This document shows, in pieces, positions 52,545 to 64,000 of a stretch of 64,000 bases of DNA. The notes under the pieces are model-generated. The model searched no databases. It was not told the origin of the DNA and saw nothing but the letters and a program-made list of their open reading frames with translations. Source of the DNA: Gnetum montanum (taxonomy: Eukaryota > Plantae > Gnetophyta); assembly GCA_015680685.1 (NCBI GenBank), contig MNCI01002227.1, positions 501,223 to 565,222 of the forward strand. Reading direction: 5' to 3'. Within the stretch, counting starts at the first letter, position 1. The number at the start of each line of letters is the position of its first letter. The position numbers and the translations under genes are program-made.

Positions 52545-55500
52545 TCAAATGTAGAATGGTTTCAAGTACAAGTGGTTCGTCAGATGTGTGAGTTCATTGC
52601 CGTTTGTATCAGTTAATTTAAATGTTCCATTGTCGAATGCTTTGGTAACCAAGTAGGGTCCTTCCCAATTGGCTGAGAATTTGTCCAGGAGTTCCCGAAT
52701 GGCTTTGAGTACAAGGTCGCCTTCCTTGATCAGGCGTTTATGGATATCGTGTCGATGGCACCATCGTTGCTACTGTTGGTACCATTCAAGTTGATCGAGC
52801 GCACGTGTGCATTCCTCCTCCACCGAGTCCAAGTCAACAATGTGCAAGTCATTGTTTTGATCTTCATCGAGGAGTCCAGAGAGCGTAATCCTTAAGGATG
52901 GTACCTGCAACTCCAAAGGTAAAATAGCTTCTAAACCATAAACAAGACTATATGGCGTTTTACCTGTGGAAGTACGATGCGTAGTGCGATAGGCCCATAG
53001 TGCGTATACTAGCTGTTCATGCCATTTTCTTTTGCTCTGTGTAAGCATCTTCTTTAGTACTGAGATGATGATCTTATTTGTAGCTTCGGCTTGACCATTG
53101 CTCTTGTCCATTGCTCTGAGGGTAGTATGGGGACAAAAATAAATGTTTTATCCCTAGACTTTCACAGAAAGTTCTAGTTTCGACACTGCTGAATTGCAGT
53201 CTGTTATCAGTAATAACGGTCATTGGAATGCCAAAATGGGTCACAATGTTTTGTAGAATGAAGTTGCATATGTGTCTAGATGTGGTCTTCCTAAGAGGAA
53301 TGGCTTCTACCCATTTCGTGAAATACTCTGTCACGGTTATGATGAAGCTATGTCCTACGGAAGATGGGGGAGTTATCAGCCCGATAATGTCTAACCCCCA
53401 CTTCTAGAAAGGCCAAGTGACTTGTGCCGTATGCAACTCATTTGGTGGAACATGTATCAGATTGCTATGTTTTTTATAGATACTGCATGTTTTGACCTTG
53501 GAGAAACAGTCATACTCCATGTGTGGCCAATAATAGCCCAAACGTCTTATTTTCATTACCATTGCTTTAGGCGCTATGTGTCCTCTACATAGTCCATCAT
53601 GTACTTGCTCGACGATGGTTTGGCCATTAGTGCTACTAACGCATGTTAACAATATGCCATCGTAGGATTGACGACACAACGTGTCTCCTATCAATGCATA
53701 CTGTCGAGAACATTTTCGTACTGCGTCTTTTTGTGCATTCGTTAGGTGTTGCAGTGTTTCACCATGTAGAAGGTACTCTTTTATGTCATCATACCATTCT
53801 ACAGCGTGTGTTGTGCTAACAGATGCAATCGGTAATTCATTGGGAGTATCAGTTATGGTTTTAGCACAACTGATTATAGAGCTAGGCAACATGTGGAACA
53901 TGTTTGGCGATATGTTTAGAGCTAACGTGGCAAGTGCATCTGCAATGGTGTTATCGTTTTTGGAAACATGTTGCACATCTATATCTTCGAATCACTTCAG
54001 TAAGTGCTTAGCCAAATCACAGTATGGTTGTAAATGTTGCGCTTTGCATGTATAAACGTCTGTGACTTGATTTAAAACTAGTTGTGAGTCTCCCCTAACT
54101 ATTAGTCATGTGATGTCTGATGCTAGTGCTTCCATGAGACCTTTAAGGAGACCTTCGTACTCTGTTACGTTGTTGGTACACTAAAATTTGAAACGATAAG
54201 CAAAGGGACGAATCTCCTCGAAGGGATAGGTGATGACGACAACAGCACTTCCCCCTCGAGAGGTGGATGCTCCATCAAAGTTCAAGGTAGCATCGTAGTC
54301 ATCAGGTACTATTTCTATTGCACTCACATTTTCATCAGGGAATTCTGGCTCTATCATCACCTAATCATGCATTGGTGATGTATTCATTTGAGTTGCTATG
54401 GCTTGACCCTTAACTAATGATTGCGCTATGTAATGCAAGTTAAACTCAGCTATCATGGCTTTCCACCTAGCTATTCTACTTGACTCATAAATGTTTCCTG
54501 TGATGGCTCTGAGTACATTATCCTTGCAGATTATATTGACTTGGTTATGGAAGAGGTAATGTCACCATTTCTTTAAGGAAAATACAAGGGATAAGCATGA
54601 CCTTTCCACCTCATTGTATTTTTTCTCATGGGCTACTAGTGCATGGCTTAAGTAATAAACAAGGACATTAGTTCGGTCATATCGTTTTTGGCAAAGCATA
54701 GAAGTGATGGATGAATCTGAGGTGGCCAGGTAGATATAGAATGGTTTGTTATTCTAAGGAGGATAAACTGTCGATAGTTGAACAAGTGTCATTTTAATGT
54801 TATCAAATGCTTCTTGGCACTGTGAAGTCCATTCAAAATGGACATTCTTACGTAGCAAAAGGTTCATGGGTCTCAACTTGTTGTTAGTTTTTCTATGAAA
54901 CGCCTAATGAACTGTAATCTACCTTGTAGACCCTGAAGTTCGGTAAGGTTACTTGGTGGTCTTAAGTTGATAATAGCTTTAACCTTGTCCGAATCTACTT
55001 GTATTCATGTTTCTGATACTACGAAACCTAACATCTTGCCCGTTTTTACTCCGAAGACACATTTCTTTGGGTTGAGCCTAAGTTCATATTTGAGGCAATG
55101 TTTTAGGACCAAATCTAAGTCTTAAATGTGTTGCTCTGGCATTTTTGATTTAATTGAAATGTCATCCACGTAATCATTGAGCAAATGAAGTATGTAATCG
55201 CTAAATATAAATGTCATTGCTCTTTGATATGTGGCACCAGCGTTCTTCAAGCCGAATGGCATCATTGTATAACAAAAGGTTCCCCGTGGTGTCATGAAGG
55301 TCGTCCTGAGCTGATGTTCCAGGTTAATCCATATCTGGTTATATCCTAAAAAACCATCCATAAAAGATAACAAGGCATGTCCAGCAGTTGAATCAACTAG
55401 TTGATCAATGCTAGGCAGGGGGAAATCATCTTTTATGGTCACAACGTTGAGATCCCGGAAGTCAATGCAGAGGCAAATGCTTTCATTCTTCTTTGGGACA

Positions 55501-56033
55501 ATGACCATGTTGGATACCCAGTCAGCATAGTCAACAGCCCGAATGAACCCAGCCTGATAAAGTTTGGTGATCTTATTGCGGACGGCCAATGCTACTTTAG
55601 GCTTAACCTTGCATGCTTTTTTCTTGACTGGTCTTAATTTTGGATCAAGTATGATATTGTGCTGGATGATTCGGGGGTCTAACCTAGGAATGTCAGTGTA
55701 GGACCAAGCGAACGCTTTTATATTGTCTCGAAGCACATGTTCTATACCTTTGGCAAGTTGGGGTTGCAGTAGTGTGCTCAATTTTAATACCTTAACTTCA
55801 CCGTCAGGCATAATTATAGGGGTTTCAGTTAAAGGGTCTTCAGTGATGCTATCAGCTTCTATGTCTAGAGATTTTGTCATGCCTTCATAGCTGTCTAATG
55901 TTTGTTGCATCGAGGCTACGAATATGTCGTCTGTTGATGTAGCTAAGTTGATAGAATTTATGTTGATTTCTCTTGTGATCTTCCCGCATGGTCCATTGAT
56001 GGCCAATGGTGTGAATAGATGCTTGTAATCCAT
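52545..56033 (-). pseudogene. pol: Stand-alone pol of copy D (RT-RH-aRH-INT)
   Basis: ATG at 56033 (MDYKHLFTPL), ORFs 55122-56051 (RT) and 53404-53976, 52770-53334 (aRH/INT). Contains stops and frameshifts. Confidence 0.92.
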
Positions 56034-56430
56034 CGGGCTTGCTCCTACCAATAAATAGGGAGCAGAGTGAGCTCGAAAGGGCTGTTACGCTTTTCTAGTC
56101 AATGTAAATCATGTGTACATTTAACAGTGGCTAAGGTATGCGGTGGTAGTTTATCGTCGTGCCTGGGCACATGGCAGTTTAAGGCCTTACCGGGCCGAAT
56201 ATGGCAGTTTATGACATCTAGTTGGTTGTATGATTTGTACATGGTTATTGGATGTGAGACTATCAGATGAGGAGTTTGCGTCAAAATGTTTAGTGTGGAC
56301 AACTAGAATTGTTTCGCAAGAGAATATGGTATGTGGTAGTGTTCATTATATCGTTATTTTTATTTTGCATTTGCTCATACTTTGTACTTTGGTTAATTTT
56401 GAATAAATTGAATAAAATATTCAAGGTGGT

Positions 56431-56480
56431 GGCGGCGGGGTCAACACGGCAGTATAAAATACATGGAGTGAGCGTGAACC
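56431..56480 (+). promoter_or_regulatory. Putative internal promoter of the antisense gene (copy D)
   Basis: GGCGGCGGGGTCAAC-N7-TATAAAA..GAGCGTGAACC, ~410 bp upstream of ATG 56866. Confidence 0.6.
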
Positions 56481-56865
56481 CGACATTCAACACAGGCAGC
56501 ATGAACTTGAGCCAAATTGCAGCATGAACGTGAACCAAATTTTGTAGCATGGATGTGCATTTCAGGTGATGGTTTCAACGTGAACCTCGGACCCACGGCG
56601 TCAGCGTCAACCTTGGTCCCACGGCATCAATGTAGAGGACCAATGACTTTCAGCGTGTAGGGTTCAGTGCAGCGTGCAGGAATAAACCTCGACATGCAGC
56701 ATGCAGGAATCAGGGCAATGTGCAGGATTAAACCCTAGCGTGCAGCGTGTAGGAATTAGGGCAACGTGCAGGACTAAACCCCAGCGTGTAGCATGCAGGA
56801 ATTAGGGCAGCGTGCAGGACTAAACCCCAGCGTGTAGCATGCAGGAATTAGGGCAGCGTGCAGGG

Positions 56866-59800
56866 ATGGGCAAGGGCAAGGAAGTAGAAGGTTAGGGGAG
56901 GAAGGAGCCTAACTTGACCTTTACGGAGGAAAGTGAGGTGATGCTCCGGTGTCTGCCCAAACCCATGATCCCCTCATGGTCAGGATCGTCGTGTCAGTAA
57001 ACCCTAATCCTCTACCAACATTTGTATTTCTCTTTAATTTCCCCATCTTTTATCACGACGTATAGCGTACATCCTAGCCTGTTTCCGTAGTATGGATGTG
57101 GCGTGTGGAAAATTTTGGTTATGCACTCAGCGTACAAGGCAGGGCTAAAATGCTCAGCGTATGGGGTTTGTGTACCCACGTTACAGCATGTAACATGGAG
57201 GGTTCACACGCTGAGTTTCGCAGCATGCAGCGTGCAGGGTTTGCACGTTGAGTTTTGTAACATGTATACACCGAGCGTGAACCCTGGGAATTTTTTCTAA
57301 GTGTTGGCCCCCTAGTGTAGAACATTATTTTTACGTGGCTTATTCACCCTATTTCTCGAATACATGCAAGGATCCCAAAACTTTCCTCTTGGTGGTCGAG
57401 CTTGTTGGAGTTCTGACGTGGTTTGGTCCGATTGATTCTGACGAGCCAGTTCTTGATATGACCATTGATCGCAATGGGGTATGGTTCAGAGAAGGGGCCT
57501 GTGAATTCCTTGCCTTCATCTTAGACAAATTCAATGTGATAATATGGTCGTATTTAAGTGAACAATTAGCATCGAGCGTGCTCAAGACCATGTTACCAGG
57601 GTCTTCAAATGGCGTTATGGCTTTCGTGGTGGACATTGACGAGGGATCACTTACGATTGAGGACGGTCCCTCTGGGGGACCCAGATCTGGCCATCCATTA
57701 TCGCGTGTGTGGGACTTATAGTCACATGGGTCTTACCACATCAATAACACCTTGTTCCTAGCTGCTCGTGCGCATACTTTGTTCCAGAACCCTCCTGGAA
57801 CGGTGTACCGAGTAGGAAGGTAACGTTGTTCAATTGACTATTTTTTTTTTGCCTTGCTACTTAGTAGTGGTTTACATTTTGATCACCATCTCTTTGTAGG
57901 CCTCAGTTCAATAAAGAAGGAGTGTGCGTAGGCGATGATGGGCTCGCTTTGGCTCGTACAGCCTTGGAGGCCTTCATGGCGAGCCCCACTTTTCGTGGTG
58001 CCATGCTGGCCTAGACTAAGGATGACATCGTTTATTTTCATAAACGGTACTCGAGGGCACTTGCACAATGCGAGGCTGGGAGGTGGTTACATGGGGATTG
58101 GTCTCATAATGGGCCATTTTTCCCACACGATGCCGATTTGGCTCCTAGCGATCTAAATACATCAACTGACAGTAAGTAATGGTATTTTCGACACCCTAGT
58201 TTGCTTGTTTTGCTGCATCATTGGTTATGTTGACTCCCTGGGGTTATCTTGTGCATACAGTGGATGCCCCATCTAGTGGAGTCACTATCACAACTGGGCG
58301 AACTGAGAGCACTCTGTCCATGAAATTAGGAGAAGTCAGTGATGCACAGCAATGGTTACGTACAAAGGCACCACCACATATCATTAGTTGTTTGAGTGAT
58401 GCAGGCCTCATGGATCTGTTTACTGCCCTAAGCCCTAATGTTTCTGTGACAAAGATGATTGGAATCGTTGATTCTTTCGACGAGTCTGTCACCTACTATA
58501 GCACTAGCATCAAGGGTGTCAAAGTGGTTTTCCATCTATTGGAAGAGTTCTTTTCAAACTTCTTTGGTGTATCAGCAGCTGGGACTAAAGTGATTTTGGA
58601 TAGGGTGAAGAGGAAAATCCATGTGGTTCGTGAATTGGAGAACTGGTTGGGTGTCCTTAAGGGCTCTAAGGGGTTTCCTATGCAGGGAAAATCAAAAGTG
58701 GAAGAAGTTAATGAGTTATATCCTTTGTTCAGGGTGTGGGTGTTTCCCAAGTCTCTGTCTCAAGTGAAACGTTTTGGGGAAGAACCTGTGTGCATCATGC
58801 GCACTATTTTAGAGACTGGGGTACGCTATAACTGGGCCTAGTTTTTGCTTTTGAGTTTCCACGGGGAGATAGTGAGGTTGTGTTCAAACATTGAGGCGCA
58901 ATCTCATTTCACTTTTGCATTCTTTGCCGATTACTTACGCTGGCTAGCTGAATTTCTAGTTGTTCGCGCGCATAACAAGTATGTGTTAAGGGATCGCCAC
59001 CAACTATCTCACCCATGGATTAGCCACTTATTGGAGGTGGCTGAATCTCAAGATGCTCCTGAGGGGATTGACAAGTTGGTTTCTATCACGACGGAGGGGT
59101 CATCTGGTCGCTCAATTCACGCGCATGACAGCGTAGGGTTGGAATCAGATAATGTGTCCTACACTACTAGGAGAGCTGATTGGGTTATCCAGGAAATGAT
59201 CGGAAAAGGAAAAGTGAAAGTTCAGAAGCGTGAACGTCCTAAAGAGGTTGCTCTAACCGCAGATGAACCAAGGGTGAAACATATACTTTTTAAGATGCCT
59301 ATATGAGGTAAGCTTGATTCACTGATTTTTCCTTGTTTTGCTATCATCATAGTTATTTTTACTTTATTTTCCAGTGGTTTATACCATGCCTGATGTTGAA
59401 CCTATGAATGCCATTAGAGTTGACTTCTAGAGTAAGAAAAGAGAGATTAGCACCAATCATCGAGGAGGAAGAGGCCTCAATGAACTTAAACAAGGAGGAC
59501 AAGGTAGGAAGGGACGAGACGACGGGAATGAAAGATCGAGAGGGCGATACTACAGAAAAGGGTAATATCGATGATCAGGATGGAGTTGATGAGATGTTTG
59601 ATGGTTTCTTCGAAGGGAGACTAGACCTTGGCAATCCTCCAAATTTGGAGGAGGACAAAGATTCTGGTATGTTCTTCCCATTATGGCATTTTCCTTTTGA
59701 ATTTTTCTTTCCAACATTCTAAATTTTGATTTCATGCTTTTACTGCTGCCAGGCAAAAATGTTGAGACCAGGACGTTTCCTAACATTCGTTTAGAAGTCC

Positions 59801-61031
59801 CTATGATGAAGGCCTCCATGGAAACGACCACTAAAGTTAACCTATCTCCTATACACAAACCCTTTACTTGGATCGAAATGCCAAGTAAAATGGATTTTAT
59901 AACTGGTGTCGTTGATGAAGTGGTTGATCGTATCGAGCAAGCTCACCCTGGAATAGGTACACGTACCTTAAGTGTTTTGTATCCTTTGATTTTTTTTTCA
60001 TCCGTTGCTACTATCCAATGTCTAATGTATGTTCTCCTCATATGAGCAAGGCCTAAACTGAAATGGGATTCAGTAGAGGCCACTGGTATTGATAGTTTAC
60101 CTACGCTACCCCCAAAGATTGAGCAACTGCCCCAACAAATTTATGATGAAGTGGAAGAGTGCGTTGTGCAGAACGCTAACTCTCTTTGGACATGTAGGCA
60201 TTCTATCGAGAGGTTATGGTTGCAAATTTAGGGGGGAGAAAAAGAGATTTCCAAGCTGTCAGCAGAGCAGGGCGATCTCAAATCGTGCTATGAGTTCACC
60301 TCAGCAAGGTTAATAGGTGATCGCTCTTGGCAAACTTCCAAAATTACTTATGACAGATATTGGAATTTATTGAATCGCCAAGTATCGTTGACTTAGGAGC
60401 TAGCAGAGCATAAAGCGCAAATAGATTTACTAAACCTCAAATTTCAAGATTGGAAGGCTTTCGCTTCTAAGGTACGAAAATGGTGTCAAGATGAGAAGAC
60501 CCATAAGTATCATTATAAAAAGTCGTTAAAAGAGGTATCTATAGAGAAGCGTCAGCTCAAGATGTTTGTTGAGGGTTTAGGACTATGCTCTTCATTTGAT
60601 GCATTCACCAAACATATTGTGGTGGAGATGGAGTCGCCCAAGAGGGTAATCACCACGGCTTCTGGGGAGGTTTCTTTGGGGGAGTTTTCTCTGAAATGTC
60701 CCACTTGGTTCACGGTGGACAAAGGGAAGGCTTTGGCCAACATTGATCTGGGCCTTGATGGGACTGACTGGGCAAGTGTTTCTGAAGAAGAAATTCTTCG
60801 TCGGTTGGAATTCGGTCTAGGAGGATCCTCTTTAGTAAGTAATTTAAATTTGTAAATTTTTGTTTATTAACTTTTGGAATTCTTCTCTTTTCTTTTTGTA
60901 TTAATCATTTTCTTTTACCTTTTTTGTAGGGTCAGGGCGATGGCGATGGTTAAGAGGATGACCCCAGTGGAGCAGGGACTCATGGGGCTGGGGAGTCTGA
61001 GGGGGATACCCCTCCCGACCCTGACGCTTAG
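56866..61031 (+). pseudogene. Antisense 8-exon accessory gene of copy D
   Basis: Exon 1 at 56866-56996 (131 nt, as in C; MGKGKEVEG..PNLTFTEESE). Donors at ~57820, 58172, 59308, 59667, 59957, 60835 correspond to those of C. The last exon GQGDGD..PDPDA ends with TAG at 61029-61031. Confidence 0.85.
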
Positions 61032-61747
61032 CTTTAAATTTGGTCTTAGGATCGCTCATGTTTTATACGAGCCGCAAGCAGAATGTTTTGTTTTGGATTG
61101 TATATGAACTAATGAATGGGATCAATTAACCAGTGTAATTGTCTATTTTTATATGAGCATATGCAATCTATGTATCATGTGAGGACATTGCACTAAGTTG
61201 TAATTTGATGTTGATACATTTATACTTTTTTCTATTTTTTAATTGAAGTTTCTATTTATTCATTTTTTGTTTGAATTTTATTTGAATATTGGTAAGTGTA
61301 AATTTAAAGTGAAAATCTTTTGGGCTTGAACGTAAACGTGATGTAGCAATGTAAAATTTTTTTGTTCATTTTATTGCTTAAGTGTAATGCGCGAAGTAGG
61401 AACAGAGATAGGGGAATATTGAAGAAACTACGGCTGGTAATGTAACAACGCAACAGGGTAAACATGAACTGTAAACTTAAACTGGGAAAAAAGCAATATA
61501 AGAAAAATACTCTAGTTTAAGGCCATTTTGGGCCATGGGCACATATGTGTCAGTTTAAAGTCATGACGGACTGTAGTCTTGATATTCTAGTTTAAAGCCA
61601 TTCCGAGCCCCATGCACTAGTTTAAGGTCATTTTGGGCACCATGTAAACAAGAGAAGTTCCAAGTGACACTGGTGAGTTCCTTGGTAAACCGGCCATTTC
61701 TGACCGTGGCTAGTTTTATGTCGTCGCGGACATGTGGTAGTTTAACA

Positions 61748-64000
61748 TCATTTCGGACGAAGCATATAGTTTAACGGTTTAGTAATTTTTTGATTTTTTT
61801 TGAATTTAACGTTAGGAGTGATATTAATAGGTGTGATTCTGTACTCAGCGTCCCCTTCGCTGATTACGTTGAACGGTAATTCAGCCCAAGGGACGTCTGA
61901 TGGGATATGCTCTATGTTGGTGTCTTCTAGTGTTTCTGTATGTTCTGTAGTTTTGATTTTTGTTGTAGTTTCTAGGTTAGGTGGTGTAGGTACAGTTCTA
62001 GGTCCGGGTGTTTCTATGTTGGGTAAAGTTTCATTTATGTCTAATGGATCATTGTTTACTGGTTGCATGCAACTTTGTTTTTTGTTTGTATCATCCTGTT
62101 TAGGCTCTTCAAACTTAACCTCCGAGCCTTGGTCTGTATCTGTATGCGAGGAAATGGTAGGTGCAGCAGCCTCCCTGTGTATGATGACTTCACCACCTTC
62201 GTAAGGCAAGTGGATCTCTTGGTGTATAGGGGAAGAGACTGCTTTGAGTTGGGCCCCAGGGTCTTCCTAATATTAGATTGAATCTGGCATTTCGTCGATG
62301 ACAACAAAGTTAGTTGATGTGGGGAATCGATCCCCTACTATAAAGTCCAAATTTATAGTACCTTTTACCACTACACATGATCCACTAAACGATTTTAAGC
62401 ATGTGGTGGAAGTTGGTTTAATTAGTTGCGTGAGCCCTAATTGTTCGATGATGGGGTAGGGTATTACGTTTGTGGTGGCTCCATCATCTACATGCACCTG
62501 ATGTATTTTGAATTGATCTACTTGTATTATTATGAACATAGGTGCGTGCGTGATGTCTCCAGTTCTCTGATTAGTTTTGATGTTGTCAGTGTGGAAACGT
62601 AGTGATTTAGAAGGTCGATCCTTGAGGTGAATACATTACCACATGAATTGAAGGTTCATTTGGAGGTAAGTCCTCGCTTACTGGGACTAATGTTAACATG
62701 CGTACCAGCGCTTCGTGATGAGCTTGAGAAGTTAATATCAGGTCATATAGGCTTAATGAGGTATTTTTCTATTTAAGTGCCTACGTGACCTGTGTTAGAG
62801 CTGTTACTAGATCTTTACTGTTAGGAGTATGTTTGTTAATGGTTACTTGGTCCATCGGGCCCAACAGTTTTATCTCATGTGTAGTTGGTTTGGCTTTTTC
62901 TTCTGTAACTGTTGATTTGGATGTATCATTCATTCCTGATGATTCTCCCTTAGCATTTGGTTCGTTAGCAGGTGATGCCATGGGTATTGCACTCAATGGA
63001 GTAGGCTTAGGGGGTCCCAAGGCAAGCTGTTGACGTTCTTTCTCTAATCGTTCTTGTGTGAGCCTGTCTGCCAAGCGTTCCTGCGTGTGGCACGGGGGAA
63101 CATTTGGTTTCTGAATTTCCGGTTGCTTTGGAACCCGTATGACGTATGGAGTAGGCTGAGGTTGCGATTGGACGGTTGACAGCAGTTGAATGTCAGGCTA
63201 CCTAGGCACCCTAACAACATACGAGGTCGGTTTATTTTGTGTTTGAAGGGTAGAAGGTTGGTGGTTATCAGGATGTTTGGGTATCCTGACAACATACGGA
63301 GTTGGTCTAGTTGATGGTTGTTCCTCCATAGTTGCGACCGCAAGTGGTACTTGGACTACATAGGGTGCAGGCCGGGTAGGAGGTTGCATGTTTATAGCAA
63401 CGGGAGATATGCACACCACATATGGTTTTGGTGGTATGGTAGAGGCTACCACCGTGGGGAGTATCCGGATGACATAGGGTCTTTGCAGGGTGGGCGGATT
63501 ACATGGAGAATATGATGATTGGGGTGTGGGCGTTTGTGTAGTAGGAGGAATACAAACTACAAAGGGTCTTGTAGGTATTTGTTGTTCATTATCTAAGTAA
63601 ACGGTGTTAAAAATAGGTGTTTCTTGTTCGGTATCTACGTAGATGGTGTTAATTACGTATGGAGCCTCCTTAGTATTTAGAGGGTCCTTATATATGGCCA
63701 TAGCCTGGTTTTGTGGCTTGACCGGGTTGGCTTCATTGAAAGTAATCTCACCTCCGTCGATCATCCATTGGATATCTTGTTTCAGGGTGAAGCAATAATC
63801 AGTGCCATGCCCATTGCGTTGATGATAATCACAAAAGCGGTCTATTCTAAACCCTCTTGGAACTGGAGGCTTGTCGGCCGTTTCTAAGCTTGGGTTCTTG
63901 ACCAACTGATAGAATCGATCATGTCTTTGGATTGCTGCCGGGGATAATTGTTTATGTTTCATTAGCCCAACCTTCAAGAGTTGGTCAAATAATTGCGAGG
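61748..64000 (-). pseudogene. gag-protease of copy D (3' part)
   Basis: FCDYHQRNGHGTDYC, PYVVxxP repeats, VHVDDGATTNVI, PWAELPFNVI. Confidence 0.9.

Larger units (their letters stand above)
49979..64000 (-). mobile_element. Tat-type copy D (sister subfamily of C), reverse orientation, running off the window end
   Basis: 3' LTR, PPT, INT-aRH-RH-RT, antisense gene and PR-gag, colinear with C. The flank GAGGG (49974-49978) is the predicted TSD. Confidence 0.93.

Overview
This is a eukaryotic repeat region with no host genes. It is most likely heterochromatin from a large-genome land plant (inferred from the element families and the heavy C>T decay). It is a nest of decayed retroelements. (1) An endonuclease-less Penelope-like RT remnant with a decayed hammerhead ribozyme (1.2-2.6 kb). 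(2) Four related Tat-type Ty3/Gypsy copies: A (~2.9-14.5 kb, +), B (~24.3-50.0 kb, +, interrupted), C (25741-45895, +, full length, TSD CACCA) and D (49979->64000, -). A, B and C have a tRNA-Asn PBS; D's lies outside the window. A solo LTR of the C/D family is nested inside C. (3) A CRM-like chromovirus remnant (~16.9-21.6 kb, -). The main finding is the layout of this Tat family. gag-protease ends in a stop and is separated from a protease-less pol (RT-RH-aRH-INT) by ~5.7 kb. That gap carries an antisense gene of 8 exons and 7 introns (~1080 aa) whose GT-AG sites and phases I reconstructed by hand in C; matching sites are visible in D and partly in A. The product looks like an FCP1/NIF-type phosphatase fold lacking its catalytic Asp residues, then a plant-mobile-domain-like region, an acidic tract and a coiled coil. 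It has a conserved internal TATA/W-box/GCC-box promoter. pol has its own ATG and is bracketed by conserved sense splice sites, as if it were a separate exon. All domain calls are by eye, with no database search.
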